NCBI GenBank assembly: GCA_016845145.1 | Contig: JAERTE010000098.1 | Span: forward strand, 8,889 to 72,888 | Length of the DNA: 64,000 nt | From: Rhodospirillaceae bacterium | Lineage (GTDB): Bacteria > Pseudomonadota > Alphaproteobacteria > Rhodospirillales > Casp-alpha2 | Reading direction: 5' to 3' | Part shown: piece after piece, positions 44,764 through 54,912 of the stretch | Position numbering within the stretch: the first letter of the stretch is position 1 | Layout of the letters: the number at the start of each line of letters is the position of its first letter | Translations under genes and position numbers: made by a program | The notes under the pieces: model-generated | Seen by the model: the letters and a program-made list of their open reading frames with translations, nothing else | Told to the model about the DNA's origin: nothing | Databases searched by the model: none

Positions 44764-45393
44764 TTGTTACGATATTTGCCTATGAAGACCATTTTTGCTG
44801 TTTTCCTAACTGTCGCCGGCTTGGCGCTTGCGGCACCCGTCAGTGCGGAAATCGCCAAGTTCGAAGACGCGATCAAACCCGCAGTCATCGGCAACCCGGA
44901 TGCGCCTGTCACGATCATCGAATACGCCTCGTTGGGCTGTCCGCATTGTGCCAATTTCCACCACGACACCTATCCGAAAATCAAAAAAGATTACATTGAT
45001 ACCGGCAAGGTCAAATTGGTATTTACTGATTTCCCGCTCGGCACCCCGGCGCTGGCAGCATCGATGATCGCGCGCTGCTCGGGCCCGCAACGTTACATGG
45101 GATACATCGATTTATTTTTCCGCGCCCAGGCCCAGTGGTCACGCGCCGATAATCCGCTGGAAGCGCTAAAGAAGATTGCGCGTTTCGGCGGCATGACGGG
45201 CACCGATGTGGACGCCTGCCTAGCCCAACAGAAACTGATTGATCATGTCCAAGGAACGGCGCGAAAAGCCAGTGAAGAACACGGGATCAATTCGACGCCG
45301 TCATTTTTGGTCAACGGCGAGAAAATCTCTGGCGCAATGACGTATCCTGATTTTCGTAACGTCATCGACGCCGCTTTGAAAAAAGCGCAATAA
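44764..45393 (+). CDS. DsbA-family thiol:disulfide oxidoreductase (periplasmic)
   Basis: TTG start with AGGAGG 5 nt upstream. Signal peptide. CPHC active site within YASLGCPHCANFH. Confidence 0.85.
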   Translation: MLRYLPMKTIFAVFLTVAGLALAAPVSAEIAKFEDAIKPAVIGNPDAPVTIIEYASLGCPHCANFHHDTYPKIKKDYIDTGKVKLVFTDFPLGTPALAASMIARCSGPQRYMGYIDLFFRAQAQWSRADNPLEALKKIARFGGMTGTDVDACLAQQKLIDHVQGTARKASEEHGINSTPSFLVNGEKISGAMTYPDFRNVIDAALKKAQ

Positions 45394-45417
45394 CACAAGG
45401 TAAAGGGCTGAAGAGTC

Positions 45418-48400
45418 TTGCTGCAGTTCAATAAACTCCGCCTATCGGGCTTTAAATCGTTCGTCGAGAATACCGAGCTCCCTATCGAGCTCGGTCTGAC
45501 CGGCGTCGTTGGCCCGAACGGTTGCGGCAAGTCGAATCTGGTGGAAGCCCTGCGCTGGGCAATGGGCGAGACCTCGGCCAAGCAGATGCGCGGTTCCGGC
45601 ATGGAGGATGTTATCTTCGGCGGCACGTCGAACCGGCCGCCGCGCAACGTGGCTGAAGTCGTCCTCACGCTCGACAATGCAGAGCGTGCAGCCCCGGCAC
45701 AATTCAATGACGAAGGTGAGCTGGAAGTCAGCCGCCGCATCGAGCGCGAAAAAGGATCGCATTACAAAGTTAACGGTGCCGACGTGCGCGCCCGCGACGT
45801 GCAATTGCTGTTCGCCGATTCCGCCACCGGCGCGCGGTCCACCGCCATGGTCAGTCAGGGCCGTATCGGCGCGCTGATCAACGCCAAGCCGAAAGAGCGG
45901 CGAGGCTTGCTCGAAGAGGCCGCCGGCATCACCGGCCTGCACTCGCGCAGGCATGAGGCGGAATTGCGCCTGCGTGGCGCTGAAACCAACCTGGAACGCC
46001 TGGATGACATCTTGGTCACCCTCGACACCCAGTTGCAGGGCCTTAAGAAACAGGCCCGTCAGGCAACCCGCTACCGCAACCTCTCCGACCACATCCGCAA
46101 GGCCGAGGCAACCATGTTCCACATGATGTGGAAGCAGGCCGGAGAGCACCTGTCCGAGGCCGAAGAAAAGCTCCGGGTCATTGATGGACAAGTGGGTGAA
46201 CTGACCGGGCATACCGTCCATGCCACCAAACAACAGACCGAGCGCGCCGAGGTGATCCCCGCGTTGCGCCAGACCGAAGCGGAGGCTGCGGCTGAACTGC
46301 ACCGCCTGACCGTGGCGCGCGAAGGCCTGGAAGAAGAAGAACGTCGTATCCGCGAGACCACAGAACAAACCGCAGCCCGCCTGGAGCAGGTCAAGGCCGA
46401 CAGCGAGCGCGAGCGGACTATCGCGAACGACGCCGCTGCCGCCATCGAACGCCTCGAGACCGAGCGCACCGAGATCGAGGCCGCCCGCGAGGGCGAGGCC
46501 GAAGCTCGCGATGCCGCTGCCAGCGCCCTCAATGAAGCCAACCAAGCCGTCGACGAGATCGAAGCGAGCGTCGCGGCGCTCACGGAAAAAGTCGCCGGCA
46601 TTGAAGCACGACGTGACAGCTTGGCCAGGCGCGTCAGCGAATTGACCCAACGGCGCGACCGGCTGCAGATGCGCGCCGAAGAAATCGCCGCTCAAAAGAC
46701 CGCCCTGGAAATAGACAGCCCCGATGCTTCGGAACTGAACGAAGCCGAAGCCGCTTTGGGCCACCATCAAACCAATTTGATGGACCAACGCGACGCACAA
46801 ACCAAAGCCGAGACAGCGCGTGCCGAATCGGAGGAAAAAAGCCGTGCCGCCGTCAGCGCCCTGCACGAAGCACAAGCGCAAGTAACGGAACTGCAGGCCG
46901 AAGAACGAGCGTTGGAGAAGGTCCTGGCCACAGTGGAGAACGATCTGTTCCCGCCGGTAATCGACGCGCTGGATGTAACGCCCGGTTTTGAGGCGGCCCT
47001 GGGTGCGGCCTTGGGAGACGATCTCTCCTCACCCACCGATGAAGCGGCCCCGACTCATTGGCGCACGCTCGCGCCCATGGGCGACTCACCCGCGCTGCCC
47101 GAAGGCGCGAAACCCTTGGATACAGTCGTGCAGGCGCCAAGCGCGTTGGCCCGCCGGTTGGCGCAGATCGGCGTCACCGAAACGGATGCCGAAGCTATTG
47201 CGTTGGCGGGACAACTGAAACAAGGCCAACGCTTGGTCAGCCGGCAAGGCGGCCTATGGCGCTGGGACGGCTTTACGGTGTCGTCCGAAGCTGCGACCCC
47301 TGCAGCCACCCGGCTGGAACAGCGCAACCGCTTGGCCGAACTGCGTGGCCAATTGGATAACCGCCGTAGCACGGCATCAAACGCGGAACGCAATCGTGAT
47401 GCAGCTCGTGAAGCGGAAAGTGCGGCACGCGAGGCGGAAAAGGATGCACGGCGCGCCGTCGGTGAAGCCGAGACCGCCTTGAACGCGATCCGCGACCGCT
47501 TGGCCGACGTGAAGGAACGGGCCAGCGCTCATTCCTCCAAGCTGAACGCCCTCATAGAAGCGGCGGAAACGAACGGCACGGACTTGGACGAAGCGACCGA
47601 AGCTCTAAAGGCCGCAGAAGGCGAACGCGCGGCCCTGCCCGACCCGGAAGCCGAGCGCGAGGTCATCACCCGCCAGCGCGGCGAACTGGCCGAACGCCGC
47701 ACGCATCAGGTGGAATGCCGCACCCGCCACGAAGGACTGGAGCGCCAAGCGCGTGAACGTGGCCAGCGCTTGCAAATGATCGCCACCGAGCTGCAATCGT
47801 GGGACCGTCGCCGCAACGAATCGGGACGCCAGCTTGAAGAACTGGAACTGCGTCACGACCAATTGGCGGAGGAACTGGAAAAGTTGCAAGCCGCACCGGA
47901 GGCCTTGCACGAGCGACATCAGTCGCTTTTGGAGGCGCTTTCCGCGTCGGAGGAAAAACGCAACGCAGCCGCCTCACAGTTGCAAGCCGCGGAGAATGCC
48001 TTGCGTGAGGCCGACGGTACGTTGCGCGATGCTGAAAACACACTAAACCAGGCACGCGAGAACCGCGTCCGGGCCGAAGGAGCGGTGGAACAAACCAGCC
48101 AAGCCAGTTTTGCGCTGTCCGAGCGCATCGCCGATCGGCTGTCATGTGCGCCAGAGGCCTTGTTCGAGATGTCCGGATTGAACCCGGAAAAGGACCTGCC
48201 GGACCTGGAAGCCACGGAAAAGAAAGTCGAGCGCCTGCACCGCGAACGCGAGACCATGGGGCCGGTCAATCTTCGCGCCGAAACCGAAGCCTCGGAAATG
48301 TCAGAGCAGATCGATACCTTGAATTCCGAGCGAGAAGATTTGCTGACGGCTATCGACAAGCTGCGCCAAGGCATTTCGGAGCTAAACCGCGAGGGCCGCG

Positions 48401-48882
48401 CGCGCTTGCTGGCGTCGTTCAAGGAAGTAGACAAACACTTTCAGGAATTGTTCGTGCGCCTGTACGGCGGCGGACGGGCGCATCTGGCATTGACGGAATC
48501 CGATGACCCGCTGGATGCCGGTCTGGAAATCATGGCCAGCCCGCCGGGTAAGAAGCTGCAAGTGCTGTCTCTGCTGTCGGGTGGTGAACAAGCGCTGACG
48601 GCATTGTCCTTGTTGTTCGCGGTGTTCTTGACCAACCCCGCCCCGATCTGTGTCCTCGATGAGGTCGACGCCCCGTTGGATGACGCCAACGTCGACCGCT
48701 TCTGCAAGCTGTTGGAAGAGATGTCTCAATCGAAACGGACGCGTTTCTTGATCATCACCCACCACCGCATGACCATGGCCCGCATGGACCGGTTGTTCGG
48801 TGTTACGATGGCCGAGCGCGGTGTATCGCAACTGGTGTCGGTGGATCTGCAGAAGGCCGAGGAAATCAGGGATATCGCCTGA
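45418..48882 (+). CDS. smc: Chromosome segregation protein SMC
   Basis: 1154 aa. TTG start. Walker A GPNGCGKSN, long coiled coils with a hinge, signature LSGGEQALTALSLLFA, Walker B ICVLDEVDAPLD. Confidence 0.95.
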   Translation: MLQFNKLRLSGFKSFVENTELPIELGLTGVVGPNGCGKSNLVEALRWAMGETSAKQMRGSGMEDVIFGGTSNRPPRNVAEVVLTLDNAERAAPAQFNDEGELEVSRRIEREKGSHYKVNGADVRARDVQLLFADSATGARSTAMVSQGRIGALINAKPKERRGLLEEAAGITGLHSRRHEAELRLRGAETNLERLDDILVTLDTQLQGLKKQARQATRYRNLSDHIRKAEATMFHMMWKQAGEHLSEAEEKLRVIDGQVGELTGHTVHATKQQTERAEVIPALRQTEAEAAAELHRLTVAREGLEEEERRIRETTEQTAARLEQVKADSERERTIANDAAAAIERLETERTEIEAAREGEAEARDAAASALNEANQAVDEIEASVAALTEKVAGIEARRDSLARRVSELTQRRDRLQMRAEEIAAQKTALEIDSPDASELNEAEAALGHHQTNLMDQRDAQTKAETARAESEEKSRAAVSALHEAQAQVTELQAEERALEKVLATVENDLFPPVIDALDVTPGFEAALGAALGDDLSSPTDEAAPTHWRTLAPMGDSPALPEGAKPLDTVVQAPSALARRLAQIGVTETDAEAIALAGQLKQGQRLVSRQGGLWRWDGFTVSSEAATPAATRLEQRNRLAELRGQLDNRRSTASNAERNRDAAREAESAAREAEKDARRAVGEAETALNAIRDRLADVKERASAHSSKLNALIEAAETNGTDLDEATEALKAAEGERAALPDPEAEREVITRQRGELAERRTHQVECRTRHEGLERQARERGQRLQMIATELQSWDRRRNESGRQLEELELRHDQLAEELEKLQAAPEALHERHQSLLEALSASEEKRNAAASQLQAAENALREADGTLRDAENTLNQARENRVRAEGAVEQTSQASFALSERIADRLSCAPEALFEMSGLNPEKDLPDLEATEKKVERLHRERETMGPVNLRAETEASEMSEQIDTLNSEREDLLTAIDKLRQGISELNREGRARLLASFKEVDKHFQELFVRLYGGGRAHLALTESDDPLDAGLEIMASPPGKKLQVLSLLSGGEQALTALSLLFAVFLTNPAPICVLDEVDAPLDDANVDRFCKLLEEMSQSKRTRFLIITHHRMTMARMDRLFGVTMAERGVSQLVSVDLQKAEEIRDIA

Positions 48883-48887
48883 GCGAT

Positions 48888-50297
48888 TCAGTTGAAATAC
48901 TGGCTCAGCGAATTCCCGTAGTAGCGTACCAGCGCAGCTGCCGAAGGATTCACGGCCAATCCGCCTTTGCCGTCACGAACCAGCATGCCACGCTTCAGGG
49001 CTATCGTCATGGCATGCTGCAACGTCGGCTCTTCATCATCGTCGACCAGCACCGGATGGCAGTTGGCGTTACGCAACTTGGCGACCATGGCAGCGAAATG
49101 CTCGGCCAGAACATCCTCGGCAATTGTCTGATCCGGATCATCAAACCACAGCCGGCACAGCATCGGCACCGGTGTAGCCGGCACCAGCGATGTGATATCG
49201 CCGATCAACTGTCCGCCCAGTTCTTGTATCCAATGAAAGCGCTGTTCGCGTGTCTGCGCCGGCCAATCAACATCACGTTGCCTCAACCAAGCCGCGAACG
49301 AGATCGGCAGACCAAAATTGGCACAAGTGTAGCCATAGCTGCGACGGCGCAAAAGCACCTCCCAAGCCACCCGAAGCCCGAACTGCAGTCCCTTAAGCGC
49401 CACATAGCGTCTGCCTTTTTCACGAAATTCGGCAGATGTGAACCGTACCATGTTCACGTCTTCGGCAATGTGGTCGTAGTTGATGGCGATGGGGATGAAG
49501 ACCAAATCAGGTGAATTCTCAGGGTCGAAGTCCTCGGTCACGTAACTCAACAATCCAGCGCGTGCCTCGCCGACGCTTCCATCCGGCGACAATTGGCCCT
49601 CGATGAAGATCGCGTGCGGCACGCGCGCAGCCGTCGCCATCTGCACGTAGCGCTTGAGCAGCATGCGATACAACGGATCACCGGAGTCACGGCGCACGAA
49701 ATAGCCACCTGCCATGCGCATCAGCGGCTGGATCGGCCATAACCGCGACCATTCCCCCACCCCGAACGACAGCATCGTGCGTTTGGCGGTCAGGTAGTTG
49801 GCGATGACGTAATCGATGTTGGAGCGGTGATTGATAATGAACAACACGGATGTGTCGGCCCCGGCCTCGGCCATGGAGGCTTCATCAACGAAGGCAATGC
49901 GGATGCGGTACAGTGCGCGTACGGCGTTGCGGGCCATGCGGTAACCGACACGGAAATAGAAGTATGGATTGAACGCCGGTACGATATCCCACGAAATCCG
50001 CCAGGCCTCTCGTCGAACACTTTCCAACGGCTCGTCGCGTTGCCGCGCAATTTCGGCGACCCCAGCCTCAATACGCTCGTCACTGGCCAGCCGGTCAGCC
50101 AGCACTTGGCGACGGGTCAGCGTGAACGATGACAGCCCCAATTGCAGCAGCGGATTGATCTCTTCCACCACGTGGCGTGAGCGCACACTCCAGAAACTGG
50201 CCCACAGCGGATAGATCACCACCCGGATAACCACCAGCACAAAGGTGGTCGCCAGGATTGCGAAAACCCAAACTGGGAGCGTGACAGTTCCGGTCAT
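48888..50297 (-). CDS. PlsB/GPAT-like glycerolipid acyltransferase with N-terminal TM anchor
   Basis: 469 aa with four acyltransferase blocks: INHRSNIDYV (HX4D), GGYFVRRDS, FIEGQLSPDGS, LVFIPIAINYD. ATG overlaps the upstream stop (ATGA). Confidence 0.75.
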   Translation of the reverse strand: MTGTVTLPVWVFAILATTFVLVVIRVVIYPLWASFWSVRSRHVVEEINPLLQLGLSSFTLTRRQVLADRLASDERIEAGVAEIARQRDEPLESVRREAWRISWDIVPAFNPYFYFRVGYRMARNAVRALYRIRIAFVDEASMAEAGADTSVLFIINHRSNIDYVIANYLTAKRTMLSFGVGEWSRLWPIQPLMRMAGGYFVRRDSGDPLYRMLLKRYVQMATAARVPHAIFIEGQLSPDGSVGEARAGLLSYVTEDFDPENSPDLVFIPIAINYDHIAEDVNMVRFTSAEFREKGRRYVALKGLQFGLRVAWEVLLRRRSYGYTCANFGLPISFAAWLRQRDVDWPAQTREQRFHWIQELGGQLIGDITSLVPATPVPMLCRLWFDDPDQTIAEDVLAEHFAAMVAKLRNANCHPVLVDDDEEPTLQHAMTIALKRGMLVRDGKGGLAVNPSAAALVRYYGNSLSQYFN

Positions 50298-51727
50298 GAC
50301 GTGCCGAGACGGTCCAGAATCTCACGGAACCGATGCAGCGGCCGATCGTTGCGGATCATGGTCATCGGCACCGAGAAGTGCCCGCGCCGCCAGAGAAAAC
50401 GGTTCTCTGCCGGGACCTTCCACGCATCCATCAGGCCGAGACCGCTCTCGAAGGGCGTCACATGGTCGTAACGGCCGAGCACACTGACGATGTTCTCCGG
50501 CCTGATAATCGGCGGCGTATCCCAGTCTGGGTCTAATATCGGCAGATACTTATCCGAGGTCTCAGACGTCCAACCCGCAGCCGCCATGGCCTCTCGCGCC
50601 TTCCAGACCCGCGCCAGAGCACCGCGCACCAAAGCATCCTGTTGATGTCCTGAATGGGTAATCAGCAGCATCGCTTCGGGCCGCAAGCGCTCAGGCCAAT
50701 GGCGCGAAACATCGGCACACAAAAGCGACATCAGCGCCCCCAGGCTAGACCCACCAATCGCCACAGAACCGGTACTGGTTTGTCGCGCCCAGTCGATCAA
50801 CACCGACCATTCACGAAGCGCGCCCGAAAACGCATCCAACGGACCGAACGGCGTGCGCGCGACAATGGCCTCGCCTGAGTATTGTCCCGGCGGACGCCGG
50901 CGTCCGTGCCATGGGGCTTCAGGCCGGATCACGCGAATGCCCATACGGCAAAGCGCATCAACCTCATCGACAAGCCCGTGCCAATGGTCGAACTCAACGC
51001 AGATTCCGTGGCCGAAAATGATCGTCGGTGGGTTTTTGACCCCTTCGGGCTCATACACCCGCGCATAAACCGTATCGCCCAGGCGCTCGGAAGGCGACGG
51101 AAACCGCAACCAGAAATCCGCTCCCGAGGCCCCCGGCACGCGGCGTGACACGTCCATCTTCGGCATCGGGTCGGGGGGAGCAAACATCGGGGCTCGATTG
51201 CTAAGTGCGGGATCATAGACCGCGCCGACCTCTTGGGGTGAGGGCGTTTGCGGGGAAACGATGGGCGCGCCGTGTTTCAACAAAAACCGGAACTCACCGC
51301 GCGTCGTGTTCAGGTCGTGACGATGATCGCGGCGCGCGGTTTCAATGGCAACCAACTCTTCCGCATGAATGTCACCGCCACCGAAGAACGCCTCTTCCCA
51401 GGCGGCATCCACCGCCGCCGCCGTGGCCCGTGCCGCTTCGACCTGAAAAAGCACGCCCTGCACGCGGTCCAAATCAATGCCCTGCGTGGACAAGGGAACC
51501 TGTGCCAAAAAACGTTCCGGGATCCCGTTTGAAAGCGTTGCCGCCGCCCAAAGCCTGGACAGCGGGAAAAAGTACTTCACCAACATCCAGAGCGACAGAC
51601 GGTCGAACCAAGGATAGGCCAACAACATTCCCATAGCACCGCGAATACGGCGCGCCGCCGCATCTTCGGGCCTCAGGCGCGGGTGCCATTCTGATTGGTC
51701 ATCAGGTGGCAAAGAAGATGAAGCCAT
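50294..51727 (-). CDS. Alpha/beta hydrolase with an N-terminal domain of about 200 aa of unknown function
   Basis: 477 aa. Nucleophile elbow GGSSLGALMS (G-x-S-x-G). An HG-type oxyanion segment IIFGHGICVE. C-terminal His region. Confidence 0.7.
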   Translation of the reverse strand: MASSSLPPDDQSEWHPRLRPEDAAARRIRGAMGMLLAYPWFDRLSLWMLVKYFFPLSRLWAAATLSNGIPERFLAQVPLSTQGIDLDRVQGVLFQVEAARATAAAVDAAWEEAFFGGGDIHAEELVAIETARRDHRHDLNTTRGEFRFLLKHGAPIVSPQTPSPQEVGAVYDPALSNRAPMFAPPDPMPKMDVSRRVPGASGADFWLRFPSPSERLGDTVYARVYEPEGVKNPPTIIFGHGICVEFDHWHGLVDEVDALCRMGIRVIRPEAPWHGRRRPPGQYSGEAIVARTPFGPLDAFSGALREWSVLIDWARQTSTGSVAIGGSSLGALMSLLCADVSRHWPERLRPEAMLLITHSGHQQDALVRGALARVWKAREAMAAAGWTSETSDKYLPILDPDWDTPPIIRPENIVSVLGRYDHVTPFESGLGLMDAWKVPAENRFLWRRGHFSVPMTMIRNDRPLHRFREILDRLGTS

Positions 51728-51897
51728 TACTTATCCTCAATGATTGTAGGGAATGAATATCTGTTTACGGGCGCGGGATCAACTTGGCCGCCCCCACCAC
51801 CACATGCGGAAAAGCTGGCATCGGAGGACGCAACGCTGTAAGTCCACGAACGGATACGAATCGACGGACGAAAACGCCTACGGCGGAGCGGTTTTTC

Positions 51898-52263
51898 ATG
51901 ATCGAAGACGACGATAAAAGGGCCTTGAATGAGCTTGATGAGCGCCTAAATCGCGCCCGTGAACAAGCCCAGGACCCGCTGAAACAGGAATCAGCGAAAA
52001 AGTCGGAAAAAGGTGGCCCACTTGGGCTTGCTTTTCGGGTGTCAGTTGAGATAGTTTCCGCCGTCGCCGTCGGGGTGGCCATCGGATGGTTTGTCGATGA
52101 TTGGCTGGGTACCCGACCGTGGTTTATGCTTGGTTTCATCGTTCTTGGCGGTGGTGCGGGCATACTCAACGTGTATCGCATGGCCTCGGGCTTCGGATAC
52201 GCGGTTGGGTATCAAAAGAATGAAGACGGGACCGAAGACAAGACCGGTCCGGACGAGGGGTAA
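51898..52263 (+). CDS. atpI: ATP synthase protein I (AtpI/AtpZ family)
   Basis: From the ATG at 51898: MIEDDDKRALNELDERL... Two TM helices (VEIVSAVAVGVAIGWFVD, WFMLGFIVLGGGAGILNVY). Immediately upstream of atpB. Confidence 0.8.
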   Translation: MIEDDDKRALNELDERLNRAREQAQDPLKQESAKKSEKGGPLGLAFRVSVEIVSAVAVGVAIGWFVDDWLGTRPWFMLGFIVLGGGAGILNVYRMASGFGYAVGYQKNEDGTEDKTGPDEG

Positions 52264-52268
52264 AAGCT

Positions 52269-53003
52269 TTGGCTGAAGGACATAGTCCACTCGCGCAGTT
52301 CGAGATCAAAACGTTGGTGCCCATGAATTTGGGCGGAATCGACGTTTCGTTCACCAACTCATCGACGTTCATGGTGCTCACGGTCATCACCGTCAGTGCC
52401 TTCCTGCTGCTGGGTATGCGCCGCGCACAATTGGTGCCGGGTCGCTGGCAGTCGATGGCGGAACTCAGTTATGTGTTCATTGCCAATCTGGTCAGAGATA
52501 CCGTGGGCTCCGAAGGGCGAGCGTATTTCCCGTTTATCTTCACGGTTTTCATGTTTGTGCTGTTCGGCAACATGTGGGGCATGATCCCCTACTCGTTCAC
52601 GTTCACCAGCCACATCGCCGTCACCTTTGCCATGGCGATGGTGATTTTCATTGGCGTGACGCTGATCGCCATTGCCAAGCACAAAATGCACTTCTTTTCG
52701 TTTTTCATGCCGCCGGGCGTGCCTATGTATATGGCGCCGCTGTTGATCCCGATCGAGATCATTTCCTATCTGTCTCGTCCGATATCCTTAAGCGTGCGGC
52801 TGTTCGCCAACATGCTCGCCGGTCACACACTGCTGAAAGTGTTCGCCGGATTTGTCATTTCGCTGGGGTTGATTGGCGGCTGGTTGCCGCTGGGATTCAT
52901 CGTGATATTGACGGGCCTGGAAATTGTTATCGCATTTCTGCAAGCCTTCGTGTTCGCGATCCTCACGTGCCTCTATCTCAACGACGCCCTGCATCTCCAC
53001 TAG
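52269..53003 (+). CDS. atpB: F0F1 ATP synthase subunit a
   Basis: 244 aa. Essential Arg region LSVRLFANMLAGH. TTG start. Confidence 0.93.
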   Translation: MAEGHSPLAQFEIKTLVPMNLGGIDVSFTNSSTFMVLTVITVSAFLLLGMRRAQLVPGRWQSMAELSYVFIANLVRDTVGSEGRAYFPFIFTVFMFVLFGNMWGMIPYSFTFTSHIAVTFAMAMVIFIGVTLIAIAKHKMHFFSFFMPPGVPMYMAPLLIPIEIISYLSRPISLSVRLFANMLAGHTLLKVFAGFVISLGLIGGWLPLGFIVILTGLEIVIAFLQAFVFAILTCLYLNDALHLH

Positions 53004-53065
53004 GGGCATCATTAGGTTCAATTAACGTATCAAACGGAATTTCGATTTAAGGAAAGGAAAGTTCC

Positions 53066-53290
53066 ATGGAATTGGCTGCTGCAAAACTGTTGGGTGCCGG
53101 CCTCGCCACCATCGGCGTAATCGGCTCGGGTATCGGTATCGGTACCATCTTCGCGTCGTTCATTCAGGCCGTCGGCCGCAACCCGGCCGCCCAGGCTGCC
53201 GTGTTCCCGATGACCATGCTGGGCTTCGCGCTGGTGGAAGCCATCGCGCTGTTCGCGTTGGTTATCGCGCTCGTCATCCTGTTCGGCTAA
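53066..53290 (+). CDS. atpE: F0F1 ATP synthase subunit c
   Basis: 74 aa hairpin proteolipid. GRNPAA loop and the carboxylate in GFALVEAIALF. Confidence 0.95.
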   Translation: MELAAAKLLGAGLATIGVIGSGIGIGTIFASFIQAVGRNPAAQAAVFPMTMLGFALVEAIALFALVIALVILFG

Positions 53291-53308
53291 ACCCCTAGTT
53301 TCGGCCCT

Positions 53309-53337
53309 GCCCGGTCTTACCTGCGTGGTAACCGGGC
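53309..53337 (+). other. Intercistronic stem-loop after atpE
   Basis: GCCCGGT-ct-TACC-tgcgt-GGTA-ACCGGGC. There is no U-run. Confidence 0.4.
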
Positions 53338-53358
53338 GGTAGCGCCGGGAGTCCGCTC

Positions 53359-53853
53359 ATGCCTCAACTAGAGCAGATCGATACCTTCGCCGGTCAGATT
53401 TTCTGGCTCGTGATCGCGTTCTTGGTATTGTTCGTGATCATGTGGCGCATTGCCGTGCCGAAGATCTCCGACGCCCTGGAAGCGCGCCAAAAACGCATCG
53501 ACGACAACTTGGAACGAGCCGCCGAGATTAAGAAAGAGGCGGAAGCAGCCATCGAGGCCTATGAAAAGGCTTTGGCTGAAGCTCGTGCCGACGCGCAAGG
53601 CGCCATTGCCGAAGCCAACGCCAAATTGGCGGATGTTGCGGCAAAGCGTGAAGCGGAACTGGGCGAAAAGCTGCAGGCGAAAATCGCCGAAAGCGAAGCC
53701 AATATCGCCAAAGCGGTCGAAGCGGCGGTGGAAAACCTTCGCGATGTCGCCGTTGAGGTTGCTGTCAGCGCCACCGAACGCCTGGTTGGTGAGGCGCCGT
53801 CAGAAGGCGATGCCGCCACAGCCGTTGACGGCGTCATGAAAGCACAAGGCTAA
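53359..53853 (+). CDS. atpF: F0F1 ATP synthase subunit b'
   Basis: 164 aa. Single N-terminal TM (IFWLVIAFLVLFVIMW) and a long charged Ala/Glu/Lys-rich helix. First of two b-type genes. Confidence 0.85.
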   Translation: MPQLEQIDTFAGQIFWLVIAFLVLFVIMWRIAVPKISDALEARQKRIDDNLERAAEIKKEAEAAIEAYEKALAEARADAQGAIAEANAKLADVAAKREAELGEKLQAKIAESEANIAKAVEAAVENLRDVAVEVAVSATERLVGEAPSEGDAATAVDGVMKAQG

Positions 53854-53864
53854 GGGGACAACAG

Positions 53865-54350
53865 ATGCTGCACGATCCGACATTCTGGGTAGCCGTCGCC
53901 TTTATTCTGTTCATCGGGGCTTTGGTTTATTTCAAGGTTCCGGGCATGATTGCCGGCGCACTCGATTCCCGCGCTGAAAAGATCAAAAGCGACCTGGACG
54001 AAGCCGAGACGTTGTTGAAGGAGGCCCAGGACCTGCTGGCCACCTACCAGAAAAAGCAGCGCGACGCCGCCGAGGAAGCCAAGCAGATCAAAGCCAGCGC
54101 CGAAGAAGAGGCCGGGCGCATCGCCCAACACGGCGAAGAACGCCTTGTGGCTGCGCTGGAGCGCCGCGAGAAGCTCGCCATGAACCGTATCGCGCAGGCC
54201 GAGACCAATGCCTTGGAAGAGCTAACGGCACGTACGGTGGATATCGCCCTGGACGCAACGCGTGAGATTTTGGCTAGCAAGGTTTCGGCCGACAAAGCCG
54301 ATGCCATGCTCGATGACGCGATCAAAGAATTGCCGGGACGCCTAAACTAG
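53865..54350 (+). CDS. atpF: F0F1 ATP synthase subunit b
   Basis: 161 aa. N-terminal TM (FWVAVAFILFIGALVYF) plus a charged helix. Confidence 0.85.
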   Translation: MLHDPTFWVAVAFILFIGALVYFKVPGMIAGALDSRAEKIKSDLDEAETLLKEAQDLLATYQKKQRDAAEEAKQIKASAEEEAGRIAQHGEERLVAALERREKLAMNRIAQAETNALEELTARTVDIALDATREILASKVSADKADAMLDDAIKELPGRLN

Positions 54351-54384
54351 CAAACTGATTACGGCTCACAGGGAGAGACGTGCT

Positions 54385-54412
54385 ACGGGGCTGGGGAGGC
54401 CCCGTTTTTTTT
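54385..54412 (+). terminator. Rho-independent terminator of the F0 operon
   Basis: ACGGGG-ctggggag-GCCCCGT followed by TTTTTTTT. Confidence 0.75.
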
Positions 54413-54570
54413 GTGCCATAACCGATTGATGAGTAACATGCAATCAAAAGTCAATTCTCTCAGCAATTGATTCGCAGTATCGTAAAAAACTTTTTTGTAA
54501 GCTTCGCAATATTGTACTTCATTGATACTATGTAAGTGACCATGGAGAATTCAATTAGGGGGCCCCAGCC

Positions 54571-54912
54571 ATGCGGATGCTGTTTTTCACATTTACGTTT
54601 GTTTGTTGCATTGTATTTCTCGGCACCAAAGAAGCTGGTGCAGAAAAGGTACCTTATCGTTCTCTCATTGGTGATTACGAGAACTGTCTCAAAACGGCCG
54701 CTTTGCCATCGATGGTTCGGAAGAGTTATTGCTTGTGTACGACGGTTGAAATGCGAAACACCCTGACCATGAAACAATACCTTGCTCTCGCAGCGCAAAT
54801 TGTCACAAAGACAGAAGATAACGGTAAAATATCTCAAGAAAAGGCGCTGTCTATCAAGACCATTCGCACCCTTGCGGCAAGCTGCCTACAACAAGTCTCC
54901 GACCAGATGTGA
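54571..54912 (+). CDS. Hypothetical small secreted Cys-containing protein in an AT-rich patch
   Basis: 113 aa. Signal-peptide-like MRMLFFTFTFVCCIVFLGTKEAGA. Four further Cys. I recognise no family. The overlapping minus-strand ORF 54460..54837 is judged less likely. Confidence 0.45.
   Translation: MRMLFFTFTFVCCIVFLGTKEAGAEKVPYRSLIGDYENCLKTAALPSMVRKSYCLCTTVEMRNTLTMKQYLALAAQIVTKTEDNGKISQEKALSIKTIRTLAASCLQQVSDQM

Noticed and set aside
45442-46881. 479-aa minus-strand ORF, plus several ORFs of 100-176 aa, antisense to smc.
   Set aside because: These are shadow frames of the smc coiled-coil region. They are low-complexity and have no SD or motifs.
54460-54837. 125-aa minus-strand ORF in the AT-rich patch.
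   Set aside because: It overlaps the + strand ORF, which has a signal-peptide-like start. The minus ORF has no SD or motif. Both remain weak.
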